From Bacteroidota bacterium (GTDB lineage Bacteria > Pseudomonadota > Alphaproteobacteria > Rhizobiales > Hyphomicrobiaceae), in contig JBLNBZ010000137.1 in NCBI GenBank assembly GCA_050260355.1, forward strand, positions 2,456 to 66,455: DNA of 64,000 nucleotides, in the 5' to 3' direction. Below, piece by piece: positions 35,156-45,071 of this stretch. The position numbers were made by a program, and so were the translations under genes. The notes under the pieces are model-generated. The model saw only the letters and a list, made by a program, of their open reading frames with translations. It was not told the DNA's origin and did no database searches. The first letter of the stretch is position 1, and each line of letters opens with the position of its first letter.

Positions 35156-36445
35156 ATGGCTGAGAAAAATTCCGGACCTGCCTTCTCCACACTCGCCATT
35201 CACGCGGGCGCCGCGCCCGATCCTTCGACAGGGGCACGCGCCACGCCGATCTATCAAACCACCTCCTTCGTGTTCAACGACGCGGAGCATGCGGCGGCGC
35301 TGTTCGGGCTGCAGGTGTTCGGCAACATCTACACCCGCATCATGAATCCGACGCAAGGTGTGCTCGAGCAGCGCGTCGCAGCGCTCGAGGGCGGCACCGC
35401 GGCGCTGGCGGTGGCATCCGGTCATGCTGCGCAGTTCCTGGTTTTCCACACGCTGCTCGATCCTGGCGACGAGTTCGTCGCCGCGCGGCAGCTCTACGGC
35501 GGCTCCGTCAACCAGTTCAATCACGCGTTCAAGAAGTTCAACTGGAACGTGGCCTGGGCCGACGGCACCGAACCTCAAACCTTCGAGAAGGCGATCACGC
35601 CGAAGACCAAAGCCATCTTCTGCGAGTCGATCGCCAACCCGGGCGGCGTCGTCGTGGACCTGCCTGCGATCGCTGCCATCGCCAAGAAGCACGGACTGCC
35701 CTTCATCGTCGACAACACGCTGGCAACGCCCTACCTGTGCCGGCCCAAGGAGCACGGCGCCGACATCGTGGTTCATTCCCTGACCAAGTTCATGGGCGGG
35801 CAGGGCAATTCGATCGGCGGCGTGATCGTCGACTGCGGCACCTACGACTGGATCAAGGCCGGCAAGAGATATCCGGTGCTGACGGAGCCCAACGCCAGCT
35901 ACAACGGCATGGTGCTGGCCGAGACGTTCGGCAATTTCGCCTTCGCCATCGCCGCGCGCGTCATGGGTTTGCGCGATATCGGCCCGGCCATCTCGCCGTT
36001 CAACGCGTTCCTGATCCTCAACGGGATCGAGACGCTGCCTCTGCGCATGGCGCGTCACTGCGAGAACGCGCTCGCTGTCGCCCAGTGGCTGTCCAAGCGT
36101 CCCGAGGTGGCCTGGGTCAACTATGCGGGGCTGCCGGACAACAAGTATCACGCCATTGCCCGCAGAATCTGCCCCAAGGGCGCGGGCGCCGTATTCACGT
36201 TCGGGCTCAAGGGCGGCTATGATGCGGGTGTGAAGCTCGTCGCCGGGTTGAAGCTCTTCTCGCACCTCGCCAACATCGGCGACACGCGCAGCCTGGTCAT
36301 CCATCCCGCATCGACCACGCACAGCCAGCTCACGAAGGAGCAGCGTGCGGCAGCCGGCGCCGGCGATGATGTCGTGCGTCTGTCAATCGGCATCGAGGAT
36401 CCGGACGACATCATCGCCGACCTGGAGCAGGCGCTGGCGGCCTGA
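35156..36445 (+). CDS. metY: O-acetylhomoserine sulfhydrylase
   Basis: TLAIHAG...PIYQTTSFVF...NPT...HSLTKFMGG (PLP Lys) ...DPDDIIADLEQAL; the length fits MetY. Confidence 0.9.
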   Translation: MAEKNSGPAFSTLAIHAGAAPDPSTGARATPIYQTTSFVFNDAEHAAALFGLQVFGNIYTRIMNPTQGVLEQRVAALEGGTAALAVASGHAAQFLVFHTLLDPGDEFVAARQLYGGSVNQFNHAFKKFNWNVAWADGTEPQTFEKAITPKTKAIFCESIANPGGVVVDLPAIAAIAKKHGLPFIVDNTLATPYLCRPKEHGADIVVHSLTKFMGGQGNSIGGVIVDCGTYDWIKAGKRYPVLTEPNASYNGMVLAETFGNFAFAIAARVMGLRDIGPAISPFNAFLILNGIETLPLRMARHCENALAVAQWLSKRPEVAWVNYAGLPDNKYHAIARRICPKGAGAVFTFGLKGGYDAGVKLVAGLKLFSHLANIGDTRSLVIHPASTTHSQLTKEQRAAAGAGDDVVRLSIGIEDPDDIIADLEQALAA

Positions 36446-36531
36446 TCCCTCGTCTGCGCTGAACAGGGAACTTTCGATGTCTGATGGAGTTAGCCACCGC
36501 TAACGTAATCGGACGCGGAAGGAAATCTCAG

Positions 36532-36822
36532 ATGATCAGATATTTGGTGCCGGCGGCCATCGTGTCGCTGGGTGTGATCTCGTGTGCCTCGGCGGGCCCC
36601 GTTTCATCGGCTGGGCAATTGAAGCAAGTGACGGAGACGACGCCCATCCAGGTGCAGGACCGCCGTGATGTCGAGGACCGTCGCCGCATGCGGAGAAACC
36701 GCTATATCGCAGGCCGCAGATATCACTCCGCCCCGCACGGCTGGCACCGCTACCATAGGCGCCCGGGTGACTGGCGCACCCGCGGCTGCATCATCGTTGG
36801 TCCGGTTTGGTTCTGTCCCTGA
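36532..36822 (+). CDS. small secreted Arg/His-rich protein
   Basis: Signal peptide MIRYLVPAAIVSLGVISCASA, a basic repeat-like middle and a C-terminal RGCIIVGPVWFCP with a Cys pair. Confidence 0.6.
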   Translation: MIRYLVPAAIVSLGVISCASAGPVSSAGQLKQVTETTPIQVQDRRDVEDRRRMRRNRYIAGRRYHSAPHGWHRYHRRPGDWRTRGCIIVGPVWFCP

Positions 36823-37014
36823 TCGCACAGCCATGACTTGAGTTTGCGGCCCGAGAGCAGCGACGCTTTCGGGCCGCGCCTGCATGCCAATGCCGGATTG
36901 CTCGCGCCGGCCCGGCTTTCGTCGTAAGCTTGCCGCAGGCAAGTGAGACCGCCGGGTCAACCGTCGCAGGGTGCGATGAGTGCTGAGTGCGGCGGCGTGA
37001 CGGAGGAGCGGGCA

Positions 37015-37593
37015 ATGAGCATTGCAGACCCGAACCGCGTGATCCTGACGGGCGAGAACCCATTCATTCGGTTGAGCCCCGTCGACAGCGACAACTACAC
37101 GACCAACGCCAGCTTCTGGCGCATCATTTTCTGCCCCGCCGGACCTGGGCATGTGCTCTATCTCAAGAGCGAGTTGACCGACAACCGCTGGCGCATCTAT
37201 TCCGACAACATCGCCATGGCGCGCTGGCTGCAGTCGACCGTGCAAGGGATGCTCAATGCCGAGACGAAGGACACGAGCATCCCTGTCGTCGATGCCGAGT
37301 TCACAAAGGCGGGCGATGCACGGGATTTCTGGACCGAGCGCGTGAAGGCGACGGGTGAGGAAGTCCTGCTCACCTGGTACCAGATCGGCGACCCGCTGCT
37401 GATCCACACTCAACCCAACGCGCAGCCGGAGCGGCCCTATGGCGTGTGCACGGTGCTGGTCCCGGCGCTCGGCGCGCGGCTGTCGCGCAATGGCGTCGAG
37501 GCCGCCGGCAAACCGTGGCCACGCCAGCGGGAGGGCCGGCCGTTCAGCACGTGTGCGCTGGCATTCTCGGAAAGCTGGACGGATGCGCGCTAG
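37015..37593 (+). CDS. conserved hypothetical protein (192 aa)
   Basis: ATG 37015 follows GGAGGAG; coding-like codon usage; no family recognised. Confidence 0.6.
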   Translation: MSIADPNRVILTGENPFIRLSPVDSDNYTTNASFWRIIFCPAGPGHVLYLKSELTDNRWRIYSDNIAMARWLQSTVQGMLNAETKDTSIPVVDAEFTKAGDARDFWTERVKATGEEVLLTWYQIGDPLLIHTQPNAQPERPYGVCTVLVPALGARLSRNGVEAAGKPWPRQREGRPFSTCALAFSESWTDAR

Positions 37594-37633
37594 GCGAAGG
37601 CTCTGGCGATGCGCGGCAGGCGGATGAGGGCAG

Positions 37634-39484
37634 CTACCCCTTCACCTTGACGTAGCTGCCGGGTGCATCCTCGATCACGCCGAGCTTGGCGCCGGGCTCG
37701 CGTGCATCGACCATCCCGCCGGAGTGGGATGCGAGCCACGCTGTCCAGTGCGGCCACCAGGACCCTGGCGTCTCCTTGGCGCCCTCGAGCCATTCCTCCA
37801 GCGTGTCAACGCGGTCCGGATTGGTCCAGAACTGATACTTGGGCTTTTTGCCGGCCTCCGGCGGCGGGTTGACCACGCCGGCGATGTGTCCCGAGCCAGA
37901 AAGGACGAACTCGACCGGCCCACCGAACAGGCGCGAGCCCATGAAGACCGACTTGGCCGGCGCGATGTGATCCTCGCGTGTGGCGAGCTCGTAGATTGGC
38001 AGCTTCACCTTCCTCAGGTCGAGCCGCACGCCGCCAAGCGTCATCCGCCCCTTTGCCAGCTTGTTCTCGTGGTAGAACTCGCGCAGATAGAACTTGTGGT
38101 TTGCGGCCGGCATCCGCGTCGAATCCTGGTTCCAGAACAGGAGATCGAACGGGAACGGCTTCTTCCCCAGCATGTAGTTGTTGACGACATAGGGCCAAAT
38201 CAGGTCGCGCGGCCGCAGCAGGTTGAACACGGTGGCCATGCGCGACCCATCGAGATAGCCGCGCTCGGCCATCATCTCCTCGAGCGCCTTGAGTTGGGTC
38301 TCGTCTATGAACAGCGCCAGGTCTCCGGCCTTGCTGAAATCGGCCTGGGCCGCCAGGAATGTGGCTGACGCGAAGGGCTCCTGCCCGCGCGCCGCGTTGT
38401 AGGCGAGTGTCGAGGCGAGCAGCGTGCCGCCCACGCAATAGCCCAGAACGTTGGCCTTCTCTGCACCGGTCTCGCGCAGAACCGCGTCGGTTGCCGAAAG
38501 GATGCCTTCCTTCATGTAATCCTCGAACGTCTTGCCTGCGAGACGCTCGTCGGGATTGACCCATGAGACGACGAACACCGTGAAGCCCTGCGACACGGCG
38601 TACTTGATGAAGGACTTCGGCGGCGTGAGGTCGAGAATGTAGAACTTGTTGATCCACGGCGGCACGATGAGAAGCGGCAGCTCGTGCACTTTCTCGGTCG
38701 TCGGCGTGTACTGGATGAGCTGCAGCACGTCGTTCTGCCAGATCACCTTTCCGGGCGTGATGGCGAGGTTTCGGCCTACCTCGAATGCCGACACGTCGGT
38801 CTGGCTGAGCTGGAGGAGGTCCGGCGACTTCTTCAAGTCGGCGAGAAGCTGCTGTACCCCGCGCACGAGGTTCTCGCCGTTCGAGGACAGCGTCTCGCGC
38901 AGGATCTCAGGGTTGGTCATCGGGAAGTTGGACGGCGACATCGCGCTCATGATCTGGCGCAGATAGTACTCGGCCCGTTGCCGGGTGCGCTCGTCCAGGC
39001 CTTGGGTCTCATCGAGCAGCTTCTCGGCCCAATTGTTGGTGACGAGATAGGACTGCTTCCAGAAGTCGAAGTAGGGATTGGACGTCCATTCGGGGTCGCG
39101 GAAGCGGCCATCGCCCGGCTCCGGCTCCGCCACCGGATCGACATCCTGGCCCGCCGTCCGGCGCAAGGCATTATTCCATACATCGAGATAGCCGCGGGCG
39201 AGCTCGGCCTGGGCCTCGAACGCCTTGGCGGGGTCGCGCACCCAGCGCTCGGCGACCTCGCCGAAGACCTTGGTCATTTCGGCCAGCTCGCTGGACGGGC
39301 TATAGGGCCCGCCGTCGGTTTTGGCGCGCTCGATGAGGCCGGCGAGCGCCTTGCTGCCCTCCTCCAGGAAGCGCAACACGTTCCGCGCGAATTCGTCGGG
39401 CTTGGCAACCGTATAGGCGCTCAAGTCCAAATCAGAGGGAGGAACGGGCTTCTGCATCGGCTGTCTCTCGTCATGGCGGGCCAT
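37634..39484 (-). CDS. phaC: class I poly(R)-hydroxyalkanoate synthase
   Basis: Lipase-box GYCVGG, the DLLFWNQDSTRMP block, and a typical C-terminus. The start may instead be the Met at 39457. Confidence 0.9.
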   Translation of the reverse strand: MARHDERQPMQKPVPPSDLDLSAYTVAKPDEFARNVLRFLEEGSKALAGLIERAKTDGGPYSPSSELAEMTKVFGEVAERWVRDPAKAFEAQAELARGYLDVWNNALRRTAGQDVDPVAEPEPGDGRFRDPEWTSNPYFDFWKQSYLVTNNWAEKLLDETQGLDERTRQRAEYYLRQIMSAMSPSNFPMTNPEILRETLSSNGENLVRGVQQLLADLKKSPDLLQLSQTDVSAFEVGRNLAITPGKVIWQNDVLQLIQYTPTTEKVHELPLLIVPPWINKFYILDLTPPKSFIKYAVSQGFTVFVVSWVNPDERLAGKTFEDYMKEGILSATDAVLRETGAEKANVLGYCVGGTLLASTLAYNAARGQEPFASATFLAAQADFSKAGDLALFIDETQLKALEEMMAERGYLDGSRMATVFNLLRPRDLIWPYVVNNYMLGKKPFPFDLLFWNQDSTRMPAANHKFYLREFYHENKLAKGRMTLGGVRLDLRKVKLPIYELATREDHIAPAKSVFMGSRLFGGPVEFVLSGSGHIAGVVNPPPEAGKKPKYQFWTNPDRVDTLEEWLEGAKETPGSWWPHWTAWLASHSGGMVDAREPGAKLGVIEDAPGSYVKVKG

Positions 39485-39672
39485 CCGCTAGCCGCCCGCG
39501 CGGCCGCCACAATTTCCGCGTCGAATCGTTTCGCAAACGTAGTTTGCTGAGGTTTTAACTGTGGGTCCCCATCCTGACAACGTACCTAAGAATTTAGGAA
39601 TCTGATACAAGCCCGCCTATGCCCAGATTGGATGACACAACAGTCGCACATGGTGGCCCGGGGAGGAGCCGG

Positions 39673-39885
39673 ATGCGCCGTATCGGCGTCCTGGCGGTAT
39701 CGGCAACTGTCGTAGCGCTGGCCGGCTGCGCCGACAGCCTGCCCACCGCCTCATTGCCCGACTTGGTGAAAGACCCCCGCAAATTCCTCACCAAGGAGGA
39801 GCAGCAGCAGGCGATCAACGATCTGTCGCAGAAGAAGGCGGCTCAGGAGGCCGAGGCCGACAAGCCGGTGGACAAGCCCAAGTAG
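39673..39885 (+). CDS. small lipoprotein
   Basis: MRRIGVLAVSATVVALAGC lipobox, then a Lys/Glu/Gln-rich tail. Confidence 0.6.
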   Translation: MRRIGVLAVSATVVALAGCADSLPTASLPDLVKDPRKFLTKEEQQQAINDLSQKKAAQEAEADKPVDKPK

Positions 39886-40013
39886 GGCGACCCCGCGGTC
39901 AGCCGTTCGCCGCCGACCGGCGCTAATTCTGCCCCGATTGTTCGATTTCTGGTAAAGCGGAACAAGAACGGGTACTTGTCCACGTCCTCACTTCGAGCGC
40001 ACGGGTATCGACC

Positions 40014-41240
40014 TTGATTGAAGAGTTTCACCGCATCAAGCGGCTGCCGCCTTATGTCTTTGCCGAGGTCAACCGGCTTAAGGCCTCAGCCCGCGCCAAC
40101 GGCGCCGACATCATCGATCTCGGCATGGGCAATCCGGACATGCCGACGCCCCAGCACATCGTCGACAAGATGGTGGAGACCATCAACAAGCCGCGCACGA
40201 ACCGCTACTCGGCCTCCAAGGGCATACCAGGGCTGCGCAAGGCGCAAGCTGCCTACTATGCGCGCCGCTTCGGCGTCCGGCTCGATCCCGACCGGCACAT
40301 CGTTGCCACACTCGGCTCGAAAGAGGGCTTCGCCAACATGGCGCAGGCGATAACCGCGCCCGGCGACGTGATCCTCGTTCCAAACCCGACCTATCCGATC
40401 CACGAGTTCGGCTTCATCATCTCGGGCGCCGCCATCCGGCACCTGCCCGCGACCACCGGCACCGATTTCCTGCGTGCCGTCGACCGCGCTGCGCGCCATT
40501 CGATTCCCAAGCCTCTGGCGATGGTGCTGAGCTATCCATCCAACCCGACGGCGATGACGGCCGATCTCGCCTTCTACACGGAGGCGGTTCAGCTCGCCAA
40601 AAAGCTCGACCTGATCATTCTGTCCGACCTCGCCTACGCCGAGATCTACTTCGACGCTAACCCGCCGCCGTCGGTGCTTCAGGTGCCGGGAGCGATGGAC
40701 GTAGCGGTGGAGTTCACCTCGCTGTCCAAGACCTACAGCATGCCCGGCTGGCGCATGGGCTTTGCTGTCGGCAACGAGCGCCTGATCTCCGCCCTTGCCC
40801 GCGTCAAATCCTATCTCGACTATGGGGCATTCACGCCGGTGCAGGTGGCAGCGGCCGCCGCCCTGAACGGCCCGCAGGATTGCGTTGCCGAGATCCGGGA
40901 GACCTATAAACGCCGCCGCGACTGCCTGGTTGACAGCTTTGCCCGCGCCGGCTGGCGCATCCCGCCGCCGCCGGCAACCATGTTCGCCTGGGCGCCGATA
41001 CCCGAGCCCCTGGCCCACCTGGGCTCTGTGGAGTTCTCCAAGCTGCTGATCGAGAAAGCCGACGTGGCGGTCTCCCCCGGCCTCGGCTTCGGCGAGCATG
41101 GTGAAGGCTACGTGCGCATCGCCCTGGTCGAGAACGAGCAGCGCATTAGGCAAGCCGCCCGGAGCATCAAAAAGTTCCTCGCCCAGGGTGTCGAAAGCAT
41201 GCATAACGTGATACCGATCCGCGAAACTGCAAACCGGTAA
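40014..41240 (+). CDS. class I/II PLP aminotransferase (AlaC / LL-DAP aminotransferase-like)
   Basis: TTG start. RLPPYVFAEVN...DLGMGNPD...SLSKTYSMPGWRMG (PLP Lys). Confidence 0.9.
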   Translation: MIEEFHRIKRLPPYVFAEVNRLKASARANGADIIDLGMGNPDMPTPQHIVDKMVETINKPRTNRYSASKGIPGLRKAQAAYYARRFGVRLDPDRHIVATLGSKEGFANMAQAITAPGDVILVPNPTYPIHEFGFIISGAAIRHLPATTGTDFLRAVDRAARHSIPKPLAMVLSYPSNPTAMTADLAFYTEAVQLAKKLDLIILSDLAYAEIYFDANPPPSVLQVPGAMDVAVEFTSLSKTYSMPGWRMGFAVGNERLISALARVKSYLDYGAFTPVQVAAAAALNGPQDCVAEIRETYKRRRDCLVDSFARAGWRIPPPPATMFAWAPIPEPLAHLGSVEFSKLLIEKADVAVSPGLGFGEHGEGYVRIALVENEQRIRQAARSIKKFLAQGVESMHNVIPIRETANR

Positions 41241-41252
41241 TCTCACGTCAGC

Positions 41253-42578
41253 ATGGTCGAGCCCTTGAAACTTGGCGTGGCCGGGCTCGGCACCGTCGGC
41301 GCCGGGCTTGTCGGCCTCCTTTCCGCCCATGGAGCGCGTGTTGGAGCAGGCCTCGGCCGCCAGATCAAGCTCGTCGGCGTGTCCGCGCGCCATCGCGACA
41401 AGCCGCGCGGCATCGATCTTGGGCAAGCCCGCTGGTTCGATGATGCTACAAGGCTGGCGACCGATCCGGGCATCGATTGCTTCGTTGAGCTGATCGGCGG
41501 AGAGGACGGCCCTGCCAAGCGAGCGGTCGAAGCCGCTCTCGGCGCCCGCAAGCATGTCGTCACGGCCAACAAGGCCTTGCTTGCGCGCCACGGCGTGGAG
41601 TTGGCCCGGCTCGCTGAAAAAAATGGTGTTGCGCTCAACTTCGAGGCGGCAGTCGCCGGCGGGATTCCCGTCATCAAGACCATGCGCGAGGCGCTCGCCG
41701 GCAACCAGATCCGGCGCGTCTACGGCATCCTCAACGGCACCTGCAACTATATCCTGACGCAGATGCAGGAGGAGGGACGGCCGTTCGCCGACGTGCTCAA
41801 GGAAGCGCAGGCCAAAGGCTACGCCGAGGCCGACCCGACCTTCGACATCGGCGGCTTCGATACGGCGCACAAGCTCGCCCTGCTCACGAGTCTCGCATTC
41901 GGGACGCGCGTCGCCTTCGATCAGATCCACATCGAGGGCATCGAGTCGATCACTGCTGCGGATATCGAGGCCGCCGACGATCTCGGCTACCGCATCAAGC
42001 TGCTCGGCGTCTCCATGCTGACCGAGAGCGGCATCGAGCAGCGCGTGCATCCGGCCATGGTGCCGAAGCACTCGGCCATCGCCGAGGTTTCGAGCGTTAC
42101 CAACTGCGTGGCGATCGACGGTGATTTCGTCAACACCCTGCTGCTGGTCGGCCCGGGCGCGGGCGGCAAGGCGACCGCCTCCGCCGTCATGAGCGACATC
42201 GTCGATCTGGCGCGCGGCCTGGTGCTGCCGCCGTTCACCGTGCCGTCTGCCGCCTTGAAGCCCTACAAGCGCGCAAGGCTCGGTCAGCATCAGGGCGCCT
42301 ACTACATCCGCTTGTCGGTATACGATCGGCCCGGGGCGATGGCATCCATCGCCAAGCGCATGGGCGATCGCGAGGTGTCGTTGGAAAGCATCGTCCAACG
42401 TCGGCCGAAGAAGTCGCTGCCCGGCATCGACGCCCGGCCGCCTGATGGAATGCCGACCCCGCTCGTGTTGATCACCCACGAGACGACCGAGGAAGCAATC
42501 CGCAAGGCGCTCGATGCCATCGAAGGCGACGGGAAGGTGTCCGAACGGCCGCAGATGATACGGATCGAGAGATTGTAA
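41253..42578 (+). CDS. hom: homoserine dehydrogenase
   Basis: LKLGVAGLGTVG, VVTANKAL, GILNGTCNYIL and a C-terminal ACT-like domain. Confidence 0.9.
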   Translation: MVEPLKLGVAGLGTVGAGLVGLLSAHGARVGAGLGRQIKLVGVSARHRDKPRGIDLGQARWFDDATRLATDPGIDCFVELIGGEDGPAKRAVEAALGARKHVVTANKALLARHGVELARLAEKNGVALNFEAAVAGGIPVIKTMREALAGNQIRRVYGILNGTCNYILTQMQEEGRPFADVLKEAQAKGYAEADPTFDIGGFDTAHKLALLTSLAFGTRVAFDQIHIEGIESITAADIEAADDLGYRIKLLGVSMLTESGIEQRVHPAMVPKHSAIAEVSSVTNCVAIDGDFVNTLLLVGPGAGGKATASAVMSDIVDLARGLVLPPFTVPSAALKPYKRARLGQHQGAYYIRLSVYDRPGAMASIAKRMGDREVSLESIVQRRPKKSLPGIDARPPDGMPTPLVLITHETTEEAIRKALDAIEGDGKVSERPQMIRIERL

Positions 42579-42621
42579 TATGTATTGGGTAAAGTAGGCG
42601 GATAGCTCATTGGGAGGAGTT

Positions 42622-43608
42622 ATGGCCGAGGAGAAAAAAGCTACGCTCGACCGCGTTCTGTCGATCGAGATCGCCCGTGTGACGGAGGCGGCGGCCATTG
42701 CGGCGGCGCGGTTGCGCGGGCGCGGCGATGTCAAGGGAGCCGACAAGGCTGCGGTTGACGCCATGCGGCGTGAGCTTTCCAAGCTGGCGATCCGGGGCCG
42801 CGTGGTGATCGGCGAAGGGGAGATGGATGAAGCGCCGATGCTCTACATCGGCGAGGAGGTCGGCACCGGCGAGGGGCCGCGCGTCGACATCGCCGTCGAT
42901 CCGCTCGAAGGAACCACGATCTGCGCCAAGGCCATGCCCAATGCGCTGGCCGTGCTGGCAATCTCGGCCGAGGGCGGGCTTCTGCACGCGCCCGACATGT
43001 ACATGAACAAGATCGCCATCGGCCCCGGGTATCCGGAGGGCATCGTCGATCTCGACCGCTCGCCCGAGGACAACCTCAACGCGCTCGCCAAGGCCAAGGG
43101 CGTGCCGGTGTCGGAGGTCACGGCGTGCATCCTCGACCGTCCGCGGCACACCGAGCTCATCAACGCGGTGCGCAAGGTCGGTGCAGGCATCCAGCTCATT
43201 CCGGACGGCGACATCGCCGGCGTGATCTGGACCACCGATCCCGAGAAAACGAACGTGGACATCTACCTCGGCAGCGGCGGCGCGCCCGAGGGCGTGCTGG
43301 CGGCAGCGGCACTCAGGTGCATCGGCGGCCAGATGCAGGGTCGCCTGATGCCGCTCAAGGAGGAGGAGAAGAAGCGCGCCTACGACATGGGCATTACCGA
43401 CATCAATCGCAAGTTCTCCATGCACGAGATGGCGTCGGGCGATGTGATCTTTTCGGCGACCGGTGTGACGGACGGCTCCCTGCTCAGCGGCGTCCACTTC
43501 CGCCAGGGATTTGCCGAGACCGAGACGGTGGTGCTGCGCGCGGCCACGGGAACCGTGCGTCGGCTCAAGACCACGTTCCGCATGATCGGGACGAAGGCTA
43601 CGGTGTAG
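42622..43608 (+). CDS. glpX: class II fructose-1,6-bisphosphatase
   Basis: AVDAMR...GEGEMDEAPML...DIAVDPLEGT...GGAPEGV are GlpX motifs. ATG 42622 follows GGGAGGAG. Confidence 0.9.
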   Translation: MAEEKKATLDRVLSIEIARVTEAAAIAAARLRGRGDVKGADKAAVDAMRRELSKLAIRGRVVIGEGEMDEAPMLYIGEEVGTGEGPRVDIAVDPLEGTTICAKAMPNALAVLAISAEGGLLHAPDMYMNKIAIGPGYPEGIVDLDRSPEDNLNALAKAKGVPVSEVTACILDRPRHTELINAVRKVGAGIQLIPDGDIAGVIWTTDPEKTNVDIYLGSGGAPEGVLAAAALRCIGGQMQGRLMPLKEEEKKRAYDMGITDINRKFSMHEMASGDVIFSATGVTDGSLLSGVHFRQGFAETETVVLRAATGTVRRLKTTFRMIGTKATV

Positions 43609-43681
43609 GCGCCCCTCACGGGGTCAGCTCTGGTGCGCCGCAGCGGGTCTGCGTAAGCCGCCCATTTGAACGGGTCGGTTC

Positions 43682-44917
43682 ATGAGTGTCTCTTTCGAGA
43701 GCCGCCGAGCGGAACAGGGTGAGGTCGTCAGGCCTCGCGAGCTCACGGCTCTGTCGCTCATCTGTGCGGCGCACCTTGTCAGCCACTTTCATTATCTGGT
43801 GCTGATTCCGCTATTCCCGATGCTGAAGGCCCGTCTGGGCGTGGGCTTCGTCGAGCTCGGAGCGGCCATCACGCTCTTCAACATCGTCACCGGCCTGGTG
43901 CAGACGCCCATGGGCTACGCGGTCGACAAGTTCGGCGCCCGCCGCGTCCTGATCGGCGGGCTGCTGCTCGCGGGCGCGGCCTTCATATCGATCGCGCTGG
44001 TGCCGAGCTACCCGTGGCTGCTCGCTGCCTCGGTGCTGCTCGGGATCGCCAATGCCGTCTATCATCCGGCCGACTATTCCATCCTCGGCTCGGCGATAGA
44101 GCCCGCCCGGCTCGGTCGTGCCTTCTCGTTTCACACGTTCGCTGGGTTTCTGGGTGGCGCGATCGCGCCCATCGTTGTTCTGCTGATCGCCAGCCGCTTC
44201 GGCATGGAGTGGGCGATTGCCGCCTCCGGCATGCTCGCCATCGTCGTGGCGCTGCCGCTCATGCTGGCCACCAACCTCGACGGGGCTTCAGCGGGCAGGA
44301 CGACAGGCGTTGCCAGCCGCCACATTCCGCTGAAGGAGTTGCTGACGCCGACGGTGATCAGCCTGGTCGGCTTTTTTGCTTTGCTCAGCCTGAGCAGCGG
44401 TGCACTCACCACGTACTCGGCGGTCGCGCTCACCTCCATGTATGCCATGCCCTTTTCGGCGGCGAACCTTGCCCTTTCCGGCTTCCTGTTCGCAACGGCA
44501 GTCGGCGTGCTGGCGGGCGGCTACATCGCCGATGCCACGCGGCGGCATGGGGAAGTCGCGGCCTTCGGGTTTGCTGGGGCCGCTGCGCTGATCCTGCTCG
44601 TGGGCACTGTCAACCTCGGCTCGGTGCTGCTGACCACTGCAATGATCGGCGCCGGGTTCCTGTCCGGGATGATCTCCCCATCGCGCGACATGCTGGTGCG
44701 GGCCGCCTCACCGCCCGGCGCCTTCGGTCGCGTGTTCGGCATCGTTACGACGGGCTTCAACATCGGCGGCACGATCAGCCCGCTCATCGGCGGCTGGATC
44801 ATGGACCATGAGCTGCCGGCCTGGGTGTTCTATTCCTCGTGTCTGTTCATGATGCTGACGGCGATCATGGCCCTGACGACACGACACGATCGCCCGCAAC
44901 CGAAATCTCCGGCCTAG
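43682..44917 (+). CDS. MFS transporter
   Basis: Twelve-helix profile and the [11 protein letters not shown] loop motif. Confidence 0.85.
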   Translation: MSVSFESRRAEQGEVVRPRELTALSLICAAHLVSHFHYLVLIPLFPMLKARLGVGFVELGAAITLFNIVTGLVQTPMGYAVDKFGARRVLIGGLLLAGAAFISIALVPSYPWLLAASVLLGIANAVYHPADYSILGSAIEPARLGRAFSFHTFAGFLGGAIAPIVVLLIASRFGMEWAIAASGMLAIVVALPLMLATNLDGASAGRTTGVASRHIPLKELLTPTVISLVGFFALLSLSSGALTTYSAVALTSMYAMPFSAANLALSGFLFATAVGVLAGGYIADATRRHGEVAAFGFAGAAALILLVGTVNLGSVLLTTAMIGAGFLSGMISPSRDMLVRAASPPGAFGRVFGIVTTGFNIGGTISPLIGGWIMDHELPAWVFYSSCLFMMLTAIMALTTRHDRPQPKSPA

Positions 44918-45071
44918 CATCGGCGAGTGCCGGTCCGACCGGCACGCCCCCAACCTCGCTTGATCGCAGTGCTCTGATCGCGGCGATCCGCCTGGGGACA
45001 GGCCCCGCCGTGCCCCGACATGCGCGCGAATCAGCCGTACAACTCGAGGCCGTTTGCTTACGGGGGTGCGC

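Noticed and set aside
40086-42782. 898-aa ORF antisense to the aminotransferase and hom genes
   Set aside because: The longest ORF in the window, but it spans two unrelated sense genes and their spacer and has no motif content. High-G+C artefact.
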